DNA from: Candidatus Latescibacterota bacterium
Lineage (GTDB): Bacteria > Latescibacterota > UBA2968 > UBA8231
Assembly: GCA_965204725.1 (NCBI GenBank)
Contig: OZ242005.1
Location: 4,448,001-4,512,000 of the forward strand
Length of the DNA stretch: 64,000 bases
Direction of reading: 5' to 3'
The notes under the pieces are model-generated. The model was not told the DNA's origin, did not search any database, and saw only the letters and a list, made by a program, of their open reading frames with translations. The position numbers and the translations under genes were made by a program. Shown in pieces: positions 46,306 through 54,616 of this stretch (the first letter of the stretch is position 1; each line of letters opens with the position of its first letter).

Positions 46306-48105
46306 ATGAGCGAATCACCCCAACCGCTCAACGCCTTGCCGCAAGGTTATCGGCTGCAAGAATACGAACTGGTACGCGTGTTAGGTTTTGGCGGCTTCGG
46401 CATGACCTATTTGGGCTTTGACCACAACTTGGACAAGCCCGTCGCCATCAAGGAATATCTGCCATCGGACATTGCCACCCGCACTGCCGCCCGCAGCGTC
46501 TCCCCGCAAGCCAGCGAGTTTCGCGGCGATTTTCAATGGGGGCTGGAGCGGTTCGTGGACGAAGCTCGCACTTTAGCTCGCTTTGACCATCGCCACATCA
46601 TCAAGGTGCATCGTTTCTTTGAAGCGCATGGTACGGCGTATATCGTGATGGAATATGCCGAGGGCGAGACCTTATCGGCGCATCTTGAGCGCAAGGGGCC
46701 ACTGCAAGAAGCCGAACTCAAAGCGATTCTGTATCCGCTGCTGGATGGTTTAGAGGTGGTGCATGGGGCTGATTTTCTGCATCGGGACATCAAGCCGGGT
46801 AACATCGTCTTGCGGGATTCGGATGGTTCGCCGGTGTTGCTGGACTTTGGGGCAGCGCGGCAGGCGGTTGGGGCGAAGAGCCGGTCGGTAACGTCTATCG
46901 TGACGCCGGGGTATGCGCCGATTGAGCAGTATTCAAGCCGAGGACATCAGGGGGCGTGGACGGATATATATGCGTTGGGGGGCGTGTGCTATCGGGCGTT
47001 GACCGGGCAGGTGCCGGAGGACGCGACCGATAGAGTGCGGCATGATCCGCTCGTTCCGGTGGCGCAGCGGTGTGCGGGTCGGGCGAGTGCGTCGTTTTTG
47101 TCGGCGGTGGATTGGGCGTTGTCGGTGGACGAGGGGGATCGTCCGCAGCGTGTGGGGGCGTGGCGGGAGGCGATGGAGGGGGCGGCGGCAGAGGAGGTGG
47201 TGGTGGACGAGACTAGCGTAAGGCGGGTGGAGCAGGATGCGCCGCCACTGGAGAGGCCGAATAAGACCCGATTTAAGTGGCTTGCTGTCTTGGGCGCGGT
47301 TGCTCTCTTGGGTGGGGGCGTAATATATGTTGAGCATGCTGCCGAGCAGCGGCGGGAACAGGCGGCGTTAGAAAAGCAGCGGCAGGAGCAAGCGGCGTTA
47401 GAAAAACAGCGGCGGGAGCAAGCGGCATTGGAAAAACAGCGGCGGGAACAGGCGGCGTTGGAGCGGCAGGAACAGGCATTTGTCGCCGAGGTGGGGCGCA
47501 AACCAGATCCGAGAGGGATATACGAGGGTGCGACTGATCTGTTCGTTGCAGTGAGCCTGAACCTGCCCGTGCTGGTCCGATCCCTGCTCACACAGGGCGC
47601 GGAGCTAAACGCCCAAGACAGTGACGGCTGGACGTCGCTGCACTACGCGGCGTATAATGATGCGTCTGCAGCGGCGAAGGTGCTGCTGGAAAACGGTGCC
47701 CAAGTAAACGCCCAAGACAACGAGGGCCTGACGCCGCTGTACTACGCGGCGTCTAATGATGCGTCTGTAACGGCGAAGGTGCTGCTGGAAAACGGTGCCC
47801 AAGTAAACGCCCAAGACAACAATGGCGCGACGCCGCTGCACTACGCAGCATATAATGATGCGTCTGTAACAGCGAAGGTGCTGCTGGAAAACGGTGCCCA
47901 AGTAAACGCCCAAGACAACAATGGCGCGACGCCGCTGCACTACGCAGCGTATAATGATGCGTCTGTAACAGCGAAGGTGCTGCTGGAAAACGGTGCCCAA
48001 GTAAACGCCCAAGACAACAATGGCGCGACGCCGCTGTCCGTGGCGATGGAGAAGAATGCGTTTGAGACCGCCGCGGTACTGCTCCTCTACGTTGGGCGAG
48101 AGTGA
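46306..48105 (+). CDS. Hanks-type Ser/Thr kinase 3 with TM, coiled-coil repeats and ankyrin repeats
   Basis: Complete kinase motifs; TM WLAVLGAVALLGGGVIYV; EQAALEKQRR x4; TPLHYAA...LLENGAQVNAQD repeats. Confidence 0.95.
   Translation: MSESPQPLNALPQGYRLQEYELVRVLGFGGFGMTYLGFDHNLDKPVAIKEYLPSDIATRTAARSVSPQASEFRGDFQWGLERFVDEARTLARFDHRHIIKVHRFFEAHGTAYIVMEYAEGETLSAHLERKGPLQEAELKAILYPLLDGLEVVHGADFLHRDIKPGNIVLRDSDGSPVLLDFGAARQAVGAKSRSVTSIVTPGYAPIEQYSSRGHQGAWTDIYALGGVCYRALTGQVPEDATDRVRHDPLVPVAQRCAGRASASFLSAVDWALSVDEGDRPQRVGAWREAMEGAAAEEVVVDETSVRRVEQDAPPLERPNKTRFKWLAVLGAVALLGGGVIYVEHAAEQRREQAALEKQRQEQAALEKQRREQAALEKQRREQAALERQEQAFVAEVGRKPDPRGIYEGATDLFVAVSLNLPVLVRSLLTQGAELNAQDSDGWTSLHYAAYNDASAAAKVLLENGAQVNAQDNEGLTPLYYAASNDASVTAKVLLENGAQVNAQDNNGATPLHYAAYNDASVTAKVLLENGAQVNAQDNNGATPLHYAAYNDASVTAKVLLENGAQVNAQDNNGATPLSVAMEKNAFETAAVLLLYVGRE
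47608..48036 (+). repeat. 99-bp tandem repeats (ankyrin-coding), ~4.3 units
   Basis: Units start at 47608, 47707, 47806, 47905 and 48004; units 3 and 4 differ by one base. Confidence 0.95.
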
Positions 48106-48121
48106 ACGGATCGAAGCGGCT

Positions 48122-48276
48122 ATGATCGAAGTCCCCCAACCTCTCAACGCCTCGCCCCAAGGCCCTCGGCTGCAAGAGCGCGTGTTGGGCTTTGGCGGCT
48201 TTGGCACGACCTATCGGGGCTTTGACCACAACTTGGATTTGTCGCCGAAGTGGGGCGCAACCCACATCCGCGAGGG
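48122..48276 (+). pseudogene. Collapsed kinase-ankyrin gene (internal deletion)
   Basis: MIEVPQPLNASPQGPRLQE-RVLGFGGFGTTYRGFDHNLD joined directly to tttgtcgccgaagtggggcgcaacccacatccgcgaggg, the pre-ankyrin segment of kinases 1 and 3. Confidence 0.85.
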
Positions 48277-48291
48277 AGGAACAGGAAACAG

Positions 48292-50649
48292 ATGATCAAT
48301 TTTCTCAGTCGCTATCTACATTGGATGCACCTGCGGTGGCCCGCCGGCGTAGTCGAGAAATTGCCGCGGGTGGATGAACACGGGCAAAGCAATGTCTCCG
48401 GGCTGTACATCGTCGGCGACCTAACCGGGATTCCCCTGTTGAAGTTCTCGGCCGATACGGGCGCACGGGCCGTGCAGCACATCGCGGCCGACGAGACATT
48501 CCAGCGCGATAAGGGCCGAGAGGATGTCTTGGACTTGGCGATTGTCGGCGCGGGCGTCTCCGGCATGTCCGCGGCCTTAGAGGCGCGCGAGGCCGGGTTG
48601 TCGTTTGTGTTGTTGGAGGCGACCGAGCCGTTCTCCACGCTGGTCAACTTTCCCAAAGAGAAGCCCATTTACACCTATCCCACCGAGATGGAGCCGGCCG
48701 GACAACTCCGCTTTGCCGCCGAAGTCAAGGAACCTCTAATCAACGAACTGCAAGCGCAGACCCTCGCCCAAGGCATCGAGCCGACTCTGGCGCGGGTTGA
48801 GCAAGTAAAAAAGCAGGGCGATCACTTTGAATTGGAAATTCCGCGCCAAGAAAACATCAGGGCCAGCCGAGTCATCGTCGGGATTGGCCGCTCGGGCAAC
48901 TTTCGCAAACTAGGGGTGCAGGGCGAGAATTTGGCCAAGGTCTCCAACCGCTTGCACGACCCGGTTGACTTCTGCGACAAAGACGTGCTAGTCGTGGGCG
49001 GCGGCGACAGCGCGTTAGAGGCGGCCATTGCCATCGCCCAATGCGGGGGGCGCGTGACCGTTTCCTACCGCAAGCCCGAGTTTTCTCGCCCCAAGCCCGA
49101 AAACGTCGAAAAGCTGAACGCGCTCGCCGCCGATCCCATGGCGGCCGTAGCCGTGGATACTCCTTCTTCCGAGCGGGTGACGACCAGCAGCGGGGCCTTT
49201 ATGGAGGAAGGCCGCCAAGCGGGTTCGATCCGCCTGCTGATGGCCAGCCAAGTACAGCGCATCAAGGAAGACGCGGTCGCGCTCAAAGACGCCGAAGGCG
49301 AGGAATTGAGCCTGCCCAACGACGCGGTGTTTTCCATGATTGGGCGCGAGGCCCCGCTCAACTTTTTCAGACGCAGCGGCGTGGAGATCAACGGCGAGTG
49401 GCGACCGGGCCGCTGGCTGTCTTTGGGGTTCATCATGCTGGCGGCAGTTTTCATCTACCACTGGAAGACCGACGCGGGCATTCCCATCAAGCGCTGGTTC
49501 CAAGAAGCCAATTTCTTCCCCTTCAACCTAGCGGCACCGCCAGCCGCCCATACCTTGTGGGACACAGTCCAAGTGTCAATGACCCAGCCGAGTTTCTACT
49601 ACTCGCTGGCTTATTGCCTGTGCGTCGTCCTATTCGGCTTGCAGCGCATAAAGCGGCGACGCACACCGTACATCAAAGTGCAGACCCTGACGCTGATGGC
49701 GATCCAGTGCATTCCGCTCTTTCTGCTGCCCTATCTGGTTTTGCCTTGGGCCGGGTACAATGGCTGGTTTGACGAGGGTGCTTGGCTCAAGCCGCTGGCC
49801 GACGCCTTGTTCCCCGAGTCGCAATGGGCCGAACACGGGCGCGAGTACTGGCGCTCGCTGGGGCTGATTCTCGCTTGGCCGCTGTTCTTCTGGAACGTCT
49901 TTACCAGCGAGCCGCTGTGGTGGTGGCTGGCGATTAGTCTAGTGCAGACCTTTGTCATCATACCGCTGATCATCTACTTCTGGGGCAAAGGGGCGTACTG
50001 CGGCTGGATCTGCTCATGCGGTGCCCTAGCCGAAACCATGGGCGACAATCACCGGCACAAGATGCCGCACGGCATGGTGTGGAACAAGGCGAACATAGTG
50101 GGGCAGGTCGTGCTGCTACTGGCTAGCGTACTGCTCATTGCGCGCCTAGTGGGCTGGGCTTTGCCGCACGATCACTGGATCAACGGGTTCTACATGGGGC
50201 TGTTTATGGGCAAAGGCACAAACTGGGGTAACCTGCCCTTCCCACTAACCTTTCTCAACTACGTGTGGTCGGTTGATCTGCTGCTCGCTGGCATCTTAGG
50301 CGTCGGGTTGTACTGGCATTTTAGCGGCCGGGTGTGGTGCCGCTTCGCCTGCCCACTGGCGGCCCTGATGCACATCTACACGCGCTTCAGCCGCTTCCGC
50401 ATCCTCGCCGACAAGAAAAAGTGCATCTCCTGCAACGTCTGCACCTCGGTATGCCACCAAGGCATCGACATTATGAACTTCGCCAACAAGGGGCTACCGA
50501 TGGCCGACCCAGAGTGCGTCCGCTGTAGCGCGTGTGTGCAGTCTTGTCCGACAGGTGTGCTGGAATTCGGTCAGGTTGACAAAAGCGGCGCAGTGATAAA
50601 GACCGACGAACTGGCGGCGTCGCCGGTGCGGATGCGGGAAGATAAATAA
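48292..50649 (+). CDS. FAD/NAD(P)-dependent oxidoreductase (thioredoxin-reductase-like) fused to a membrane 4Fe-4S domain (NapH/MauN-like)
   Basis: GAGVSG, VVGGGDSA, YCGWICSCG, WCRFACP, CISCNVCTSVC, CVRCSACVQSCP. Confidence 0.88.
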   Translation: MINFLSRYLHWMHLRWPAGVVEKLPRVDEHGQSNVSGLYIVGDLTGIPLLKFSADTGARAVQHIAADETFQRDKGREDVLDLAIVGAGVSGMSAALEAREAGLSFVLLEATEPFSTLVNFPKEKPIYTYPTEMEPAGQLRFAAEVKEPLINELQAQTLAQGIEPTLARVEQVKKQGDHFELEIPRQENIRASRVIVGIGRSGNFRKLGVQGENLAKVSNRLHDPVDFCDKDVLVVGGGDSALEAAIAIAQCGGRVTVSYRKPEFSRPKPENVEKLNALAADPMAAVAVDTPSSERVTTSSGAFMEEGRQAGSIRLLMASQVQRIKEDAVALKDAEGEELSLPNDAVFSMIGREAPLNFFRRSGVEINGEWRPGRWLSLGFIMLAAVFIYHWKTDAGIPIKRWFQEANFFPFNLAAPPAAHTLWDTVQVSMTQPSFYYSLAYCLCVVLFGLQRIKRRRTPYIKVQTLTLMAIQCIPLFLLPYLVLPWAGYNGWFDEGAWLKPLADALFPESQWAEHGREYWRSLGLILAWPLFFWNVFTSEPLWWWLAISLVQTFVIIPLIIYFWGKGAYCGWICSCGALAETMGDNHRHKMPHGMVWNKANIVGQVVLLLASVLLIARLVGWALPHDHWINGFYMGLFMGKGTNWGNLPFPLTFLNYVWSVDLLLAGILGVGLYWHFSGRVWCRFACPLAALMHIYTRFSRFRILADKKKCISCNVCTSVCHQGIDIMNFANKGLPMADPECVRCSACVQSCPTGVLEFGQVDKSGAVIKTDELAASPVRMREDK

Positions 50650-50733
50650 GGGAAACGGCGCATGCACATCCGTCTTGAGAAACCCGATAACCTCGTTTTG
50701 CTTCTGGCATAGTCTCGCATGACGACGCTAGGG

Positions 50734-50985
50734 GTCATTCCCGCGAAAGAACGTCACCCCGTGCCCCGACACGGGGCGGGAATCCAAAAAGGGACCAAGC
50801 CGAATTAGAGACTGAGACCTTACTACACGACACCAGCCTTCAGCCTTCCAAGGATCGAGGGCATCTTGCCCTCGTCGAGGGCGGGACGCCCTCGATCCCG
50901 GACGCAGTGGGAGCAGCAGAAAATGCGTACACAAAGCAGGTGTCGCGTACTTAGGACTGAAACTTTACTTTTAAGAACGCCTCTA
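50734..50985. mobile_element. Nested repeat: composite REP plus right half of the 16550-type MITE, interrupted by the 23592-type MITE (50820-50954)
   Basis: REP at 50734-50785; ggaccaagcc...gagactga...taagaacgcctctaa matches 16639-16688; inserted copy flanked by gactgagacc/gactgaaact. Confidence 0.8.
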
Positions 50986-51001
50986 ACATTTCACAAAGGA
51001 G

Positions 51002-51253
51002 ATGATCGTGAAAGACATTACCCTACATGCCGACGAAAACTTGATCGCATCGGCACACCGATGCGCGGAGGCGAACCGCACGACCTTAAACGAGCAATTT
51101 CAGTTGTGGCTGAAAGACTACGTTCAGCGCAACGAGGACTGCGTTCAGCGCGAAAACCAGGCCGCCGAAGCCATGGAAGTCATCCGCGACCTGCAAGGCA
51201 GCATCTTCACTGGCGGGCGAAAATTTACGCGGGAAGAGATGAATGAGCGTTGA
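51002..51253 (+). CDS. Putative antitoxin
   Basis: KDITL.ADE.LI..A...A....TTLN...GRKFTREEMNER; overlaps the PIN gene; RBS aaaggag. Confidence 0.8.
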   Translation: MIVKDITLHADENLIASAHRCAEANRTTLNEQFQLWLKDYVQRNEDCVQRENQAAEAMEVIRDLQGSIFTGGRKFTREEMNER

Positions 51254-51659
51254 AAATTTTTTTGACACCAATGTTCTCATTTACCTGTTTGATGGAACCG
51301 ATGACGCCAAACGCGAAAGAGCAGAACTTCTAATTCAACAGGCTTTGGATAACGAGACCGGTTGTATCAGTTATCAGGTCGTCCAAGAGACGATGAACGT
51401 CATAACCCGAAAACTCAATGCAACGCCCGAGAAAGCTCTCCAATTATTAGATAGGGTGTTGGTGCCTCTTTGGCAGATTAACCCGACCCGGACGCTTTAC
51501 CGACGTGGCCTTGATCTGCAAGCTCGCTATGGGTTCAGTTTCTACGATTCGCTGATCATTGCCGCCGCGCTCGAAGCGGGCTGCACCTGTCTTTACAGTG
51601 AAGACATGCAGGATGGCCAGCAGATACAGAGCTTGACCATTCAAAATCCATTCGCGTAA
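51243..51659 (+). CDS. PIN domain (VapC-like) toxin
   Basis: FFDTNVLIY, ISYQVVQE, FYDSLIIAAALEAGC..LYSEDMQ...NPF. Confidence 0.92.
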   Translation: MSVENFFDTNVLIYLFDGTDDAKRERAELLIQQALDNETGCISYQVVQETMNVITRKLNATPEKALQLLDRVLVPLWQINPTRTLYRRGLDLQARYGFSFYDSLIIAAALEAGCTCLYSEDMQDGQQIQSLTIQNPFA

Positions 51660-51776
51660 CCATTGCAAAAAGAATCGCGCTGGACCATGAGCAGTTTGCT
51701 GATAGCACTTTTGTATTGGGCGCGAGCAGAGGCGCGAAAATAACGATACACAGACCGGCCCCTCCCGTCTGGCACT

Positions 51777-53216
51777 TTATTTAAGTGCCCGCTCTAGCTG
51801 CTGGCAAAGCGTCTCGATGACCTTGAGACGGGCGAATCGTTTGTCGTTGCCCTCCACCAAAGTCCAACGAGCAGTCGTCGTGTGAGTGCGAGCTATCATG
51901 TCGTCAACCGCGGCCTCGTAGTCGTCCCATTTCTCTCGGTTGCGCCAGTCTTCGGCGGTGATCTTCCAGTGCTTGTGCGGGGTCGCCTGACGCGCCTTAA
52001 AGCGCCGGAGCTGCTCGTCCTTGTCTATGTGAATCCAGTACTTGGCCACCACTATGCCGTGGTCCGTTAGCTGCTCCTCAAAATCGTTGATTTCGCCGTA
52101 CGCTCGCTGCCAAGCCGCTTCGTCGGCAAAGCCCTCAACGCGCTCGACCAGCACTCGGCCATACCAACTGCGGTCAAAAATCGTCATCCGACCGGCGCGC
52201 GGCAGGTGCCGCCAAAAGCGCCAAAGATAGTGTTGGGCGTGTTCCTCTTCCGTGGGGGCGGTGATTCGGACGATCTGATAGGTACAAACGTCGAGGGCAG
52301 CAGTCAGGCGCTGGATGACCCCACCCTTGCCCGCTGCATCGGCCCCCTCGAAAACCAAGACGGTAGAGACGCCTTTGCGGCGGGCCTTCTGAGTCAAGCG
52401 ATAGAGCCGGCCTTGGTATTGCTCTAGCAGGTCCCGGTACTCCTTTTTGGGCACCCGCTTTTTCATGTCCAACTCGGTCAGCACGTGGGGCGCGGCCGGC
52501 CAGTCTGAGCCAACCAGCTTGGGGCGGCTCTTTTGGGCCAAGTGCCGGCCAATGGCGTCGCGCACGGCGCGGCCCATCACCAACGTGTAGTGAGGATCGC
52601 GGCCTTCGACGACCTGCCAATGAGCACCGCTGAGGTTGGTCTTTTTCAATAAGCGGTCGGCCGCTCGCTTGAACTCGTCGTAGTACTTCAAGCCCTCTCT
52701 TGCGCCCGCGGTCACCCGCCAGCGGGTCAGCGGGTTCCGCTCCAAGGCCGCAATGCGGTGCTGCCGCGCCTCTTTGTCTAGGTGAATCCACAACTTGATC
52801 AGCAACGCCCCATCGACGACGAGCGCGTTTTCAAAGGCCGCGATGCGCTCGCTCTCGTCCCTGCGCCCATGCGCTAGGTCCCGCAACGGGCGGTCGTACC
52901 AGCCGTTCAAGTATAGGCCGATTGTTCCCTTCGGCGGCAGAGACAGCCAATAGCGCCAGTACTCTGGGCGCTCGCGCTCCTCTGCGGACGGCGGCTCAAA
53001 GGCGCAGACCGCTAGGCGGTGCGAGCCTAGCCACTGCCTGAGCACATTGCTCGCCTCGCCCGTACCAGCACCGACGAAACCACCCAAGACGATGAGAGTT
53101 GGAAACGGAGCTTGCTGCAATCGCTCTTGAGCCGCGAGCAGTTCCATGCACAACTCGGCTTCGAGCTTTTTGTATTGGCGGGTCGGAACGCCACAGTCCA
53201 ACTCGTTGGTTGCCAT
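51777..53216 (-). CDS. pap: Polyphosphate:AMP phosphotransferase (two-domain PPK2 family)
   Basis: Two PPK2 domains; C-terminal EGADAAGKGG, FDRSWYGRVLVERVEG; N-terminal P-loop degenerate. Confidence 0.85.
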   Translation of the reverse strand: MATNELDCGVPTRQYKKLEAELCMELLAAQERLQQAPFPTLIVLGGFVGAGTGEASNVLRQWLGSHRLAVCAFEPPSAEERERPEYWRYWLSLPPKGTIGLYLNGWYDRPLRDLAHGRRDESERIAAFENALVVDGALLIKLWIHLDKEARQHRIAALERNPLTRWRVTAGAREGLKYYDEFKRAADRLLKKTNLSGAHWQVVEGRDPHYTLVMGRAVRDAIGRHLAQKSRPKLVGSDWPAAPHVLTELDMKKRVPKKEYRDLLEQYQGRLYRLTQKARRKGVSTVLVFEGADAAGKGGVIQRLTAALDVCTYQIVRITAPTEEEHAQHYLWRFWRHLPRAGRMTIFDRSWYGRVLVERVEGFADEAAWQRAYGEINDFEEQLTDHGIVVAKYWIHIDKDEQLRRFKARQATPHKHWKITAEDWRNREKWDDYEAAVDDMIARTHTTTARWTLVEGNDKRFARLKVIETLCQQLERALK

Positions 53217-53348
53217 TGATCGCCTCTCTCCCTTAAAAATAGCAAAAAAAGCACCGCTGATGTCCAGTCGGCAATCCGCAACACACCAATTGCCGATCAC
53301 AGGGCAAAGCCGTAGATTTTTGCCCCCTTTGGCAAAGGAGTTTTTGGC

Positions 53349-54599
53349 ATGGAAGTACTCGGCGGTCCGCTTTTTGGCGTTGCCGGAGCAGGAGAATCGC
53401 ACGGGCCGGCGATTGTCACCACGGTCTTTGGCTGTCCCCCCGGCCTGTGGGTGGAGCGCGACCAGATCCAGCACTATCTCGACCGCCGACGCCCCGGCGG
53501 CAACAAGCTGGGCACCCCTCGGCGCGAAGACGACCAAGTCGCCCTGCTGTCCGGCCTCTACTCAGAAGATCACGACCGGCTCCTATCCGGCCCGGCACTG
53601 CACTTGCACCTAGGCGAAGGCGAGAAGCCGGTGCGCACCTATGAAGCGGGCTTTACTACGGGCGAGCCAATCGCCGCGGCCGTGCTCTCGGCCGCCAAGC
53701 GCTCGGGCGATTACAAGCAATTCGCCGGGCCGCAGGGCCACGTCCGCCCCGGGCATACCGACCTAGTCAAGCACTACAAATCGCGGGGCTTTGTCGATGT
53801 GCGCGGCGGCGGGCGATCCAGCTATCGCTCGACCATCTCCGATGTCATCGGCGGCACCATTGCGCGCCTCTATCTGGCCGAGCACTTTGGCACGGCCATT
53901 TTTTCTTCAATCTGCCAAGTCGGGCCGCTAGAGACAGGTAGCTTCCTAGCAGCCCGAGTCGCCAAACTAGTCGGCGAGGCCAATGGGCAGCCCCTGTCTG
54001 CCGCAACGTGTGCCGCCCTCGAAAGCGACCTAGAGCGCGGACCGCTCCGTGCGGTGGATGCGGATTTCGCTCGCCAAGCGGCCGCACTGATTGCCAAGAC
54101 CCGCAAGGAGCAGGACTCCATCGGCGCTGCGCTCGAAGTAGTGGCCGTCAACGTGCCTCCCCTCGTCGGCGAACCCCTGTACCAAAGCCTGAAGTCGCGC
54201 CTTATGGGCAGCCTCGGCGGCCTGCACGCCGTGCAAGCCTGCGAAATAGGATCGGGCCGCGCCGCGTCTGCACGCCGCGGCAGCGAGCACAACGATCCCA
54301 TCCGCACGAGCGGGTACCAGAGCAACAGCCACGGCGGCCTGCTCGGCGGCGTGACGACGGGTATGCCGCTAGTATGCCGCTTGAGTTTCAAGCCCACGGC
54401 CACCATCGCCCGGCCCCAAAATTCCGTGCGCAAGGACCTCGAAGAAATCGAGTTCCAGCTCGCCAAGGGGCGACACGATCCCTGCGTGGGAGTGCGCGCC
54501 GGCGCGACCTTAGAGTCGCGGCTAGCCATCGAGCTGATGAACGCCGTGCTCGCGCACCAAGCGCACTGCATGGATGCGGAAAATTTCAAACTTTTCTGA
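53349..54599 (+). CDS. aroC: Chorismate synthase
   Basis: GESHG, RRRPG, TTGEPI, RPGHTD, RGGGRSSYR, FKPTATI, GRHDPCV. Confidence 0.93.
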   Translation: MEVLGGPLFGVAGAGESHGPAIVTTVFGCPPGLWVERDQIQHYLDRRRPGGNKLGTPRREDDQVALLSGLYSEDHDRLLSGPALHLHLGEGEKPVRTYEAGFTTGEPIAAAVLSAAKRSGDYKQFAGPQGHVRPGHTDLVKHYKSRGFVDVRGGGRSSYRSTISDVIGGTIARLYLAEHFGTAIFSSICQVGPLETGSFLAARVAKLVGEANGQPLSAATCAALESDLERGPLRAVDADFARQAAALIAKTRKEQDSIGAALEVVAVNVPPLVGEPLYQSLKSRLMGSLGGLHAVQACEIGSGRAASARRGSEHNDPIRTSGYQSNSHGGLLGGVTTGMPLVCRLSFKPTATIARPQNSVRKDLEEIEFQLAKGRHDPCVGVRAGATLESRLAIELMNAVLAHQAHCMDAENFKLF

Positions 54600-54616
54600 T
54601 TGTCTGCTTCCAACGC

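Noticed and set aside
47608-48036. Ankyrin repeats as a diversity-generating retroelement TR/VR pair or a CRISPR array
   Set aside because: Repeats are contiguous, in frame and spacer-less; differences are not adenine-specific; no reverse transcriptase in the window.
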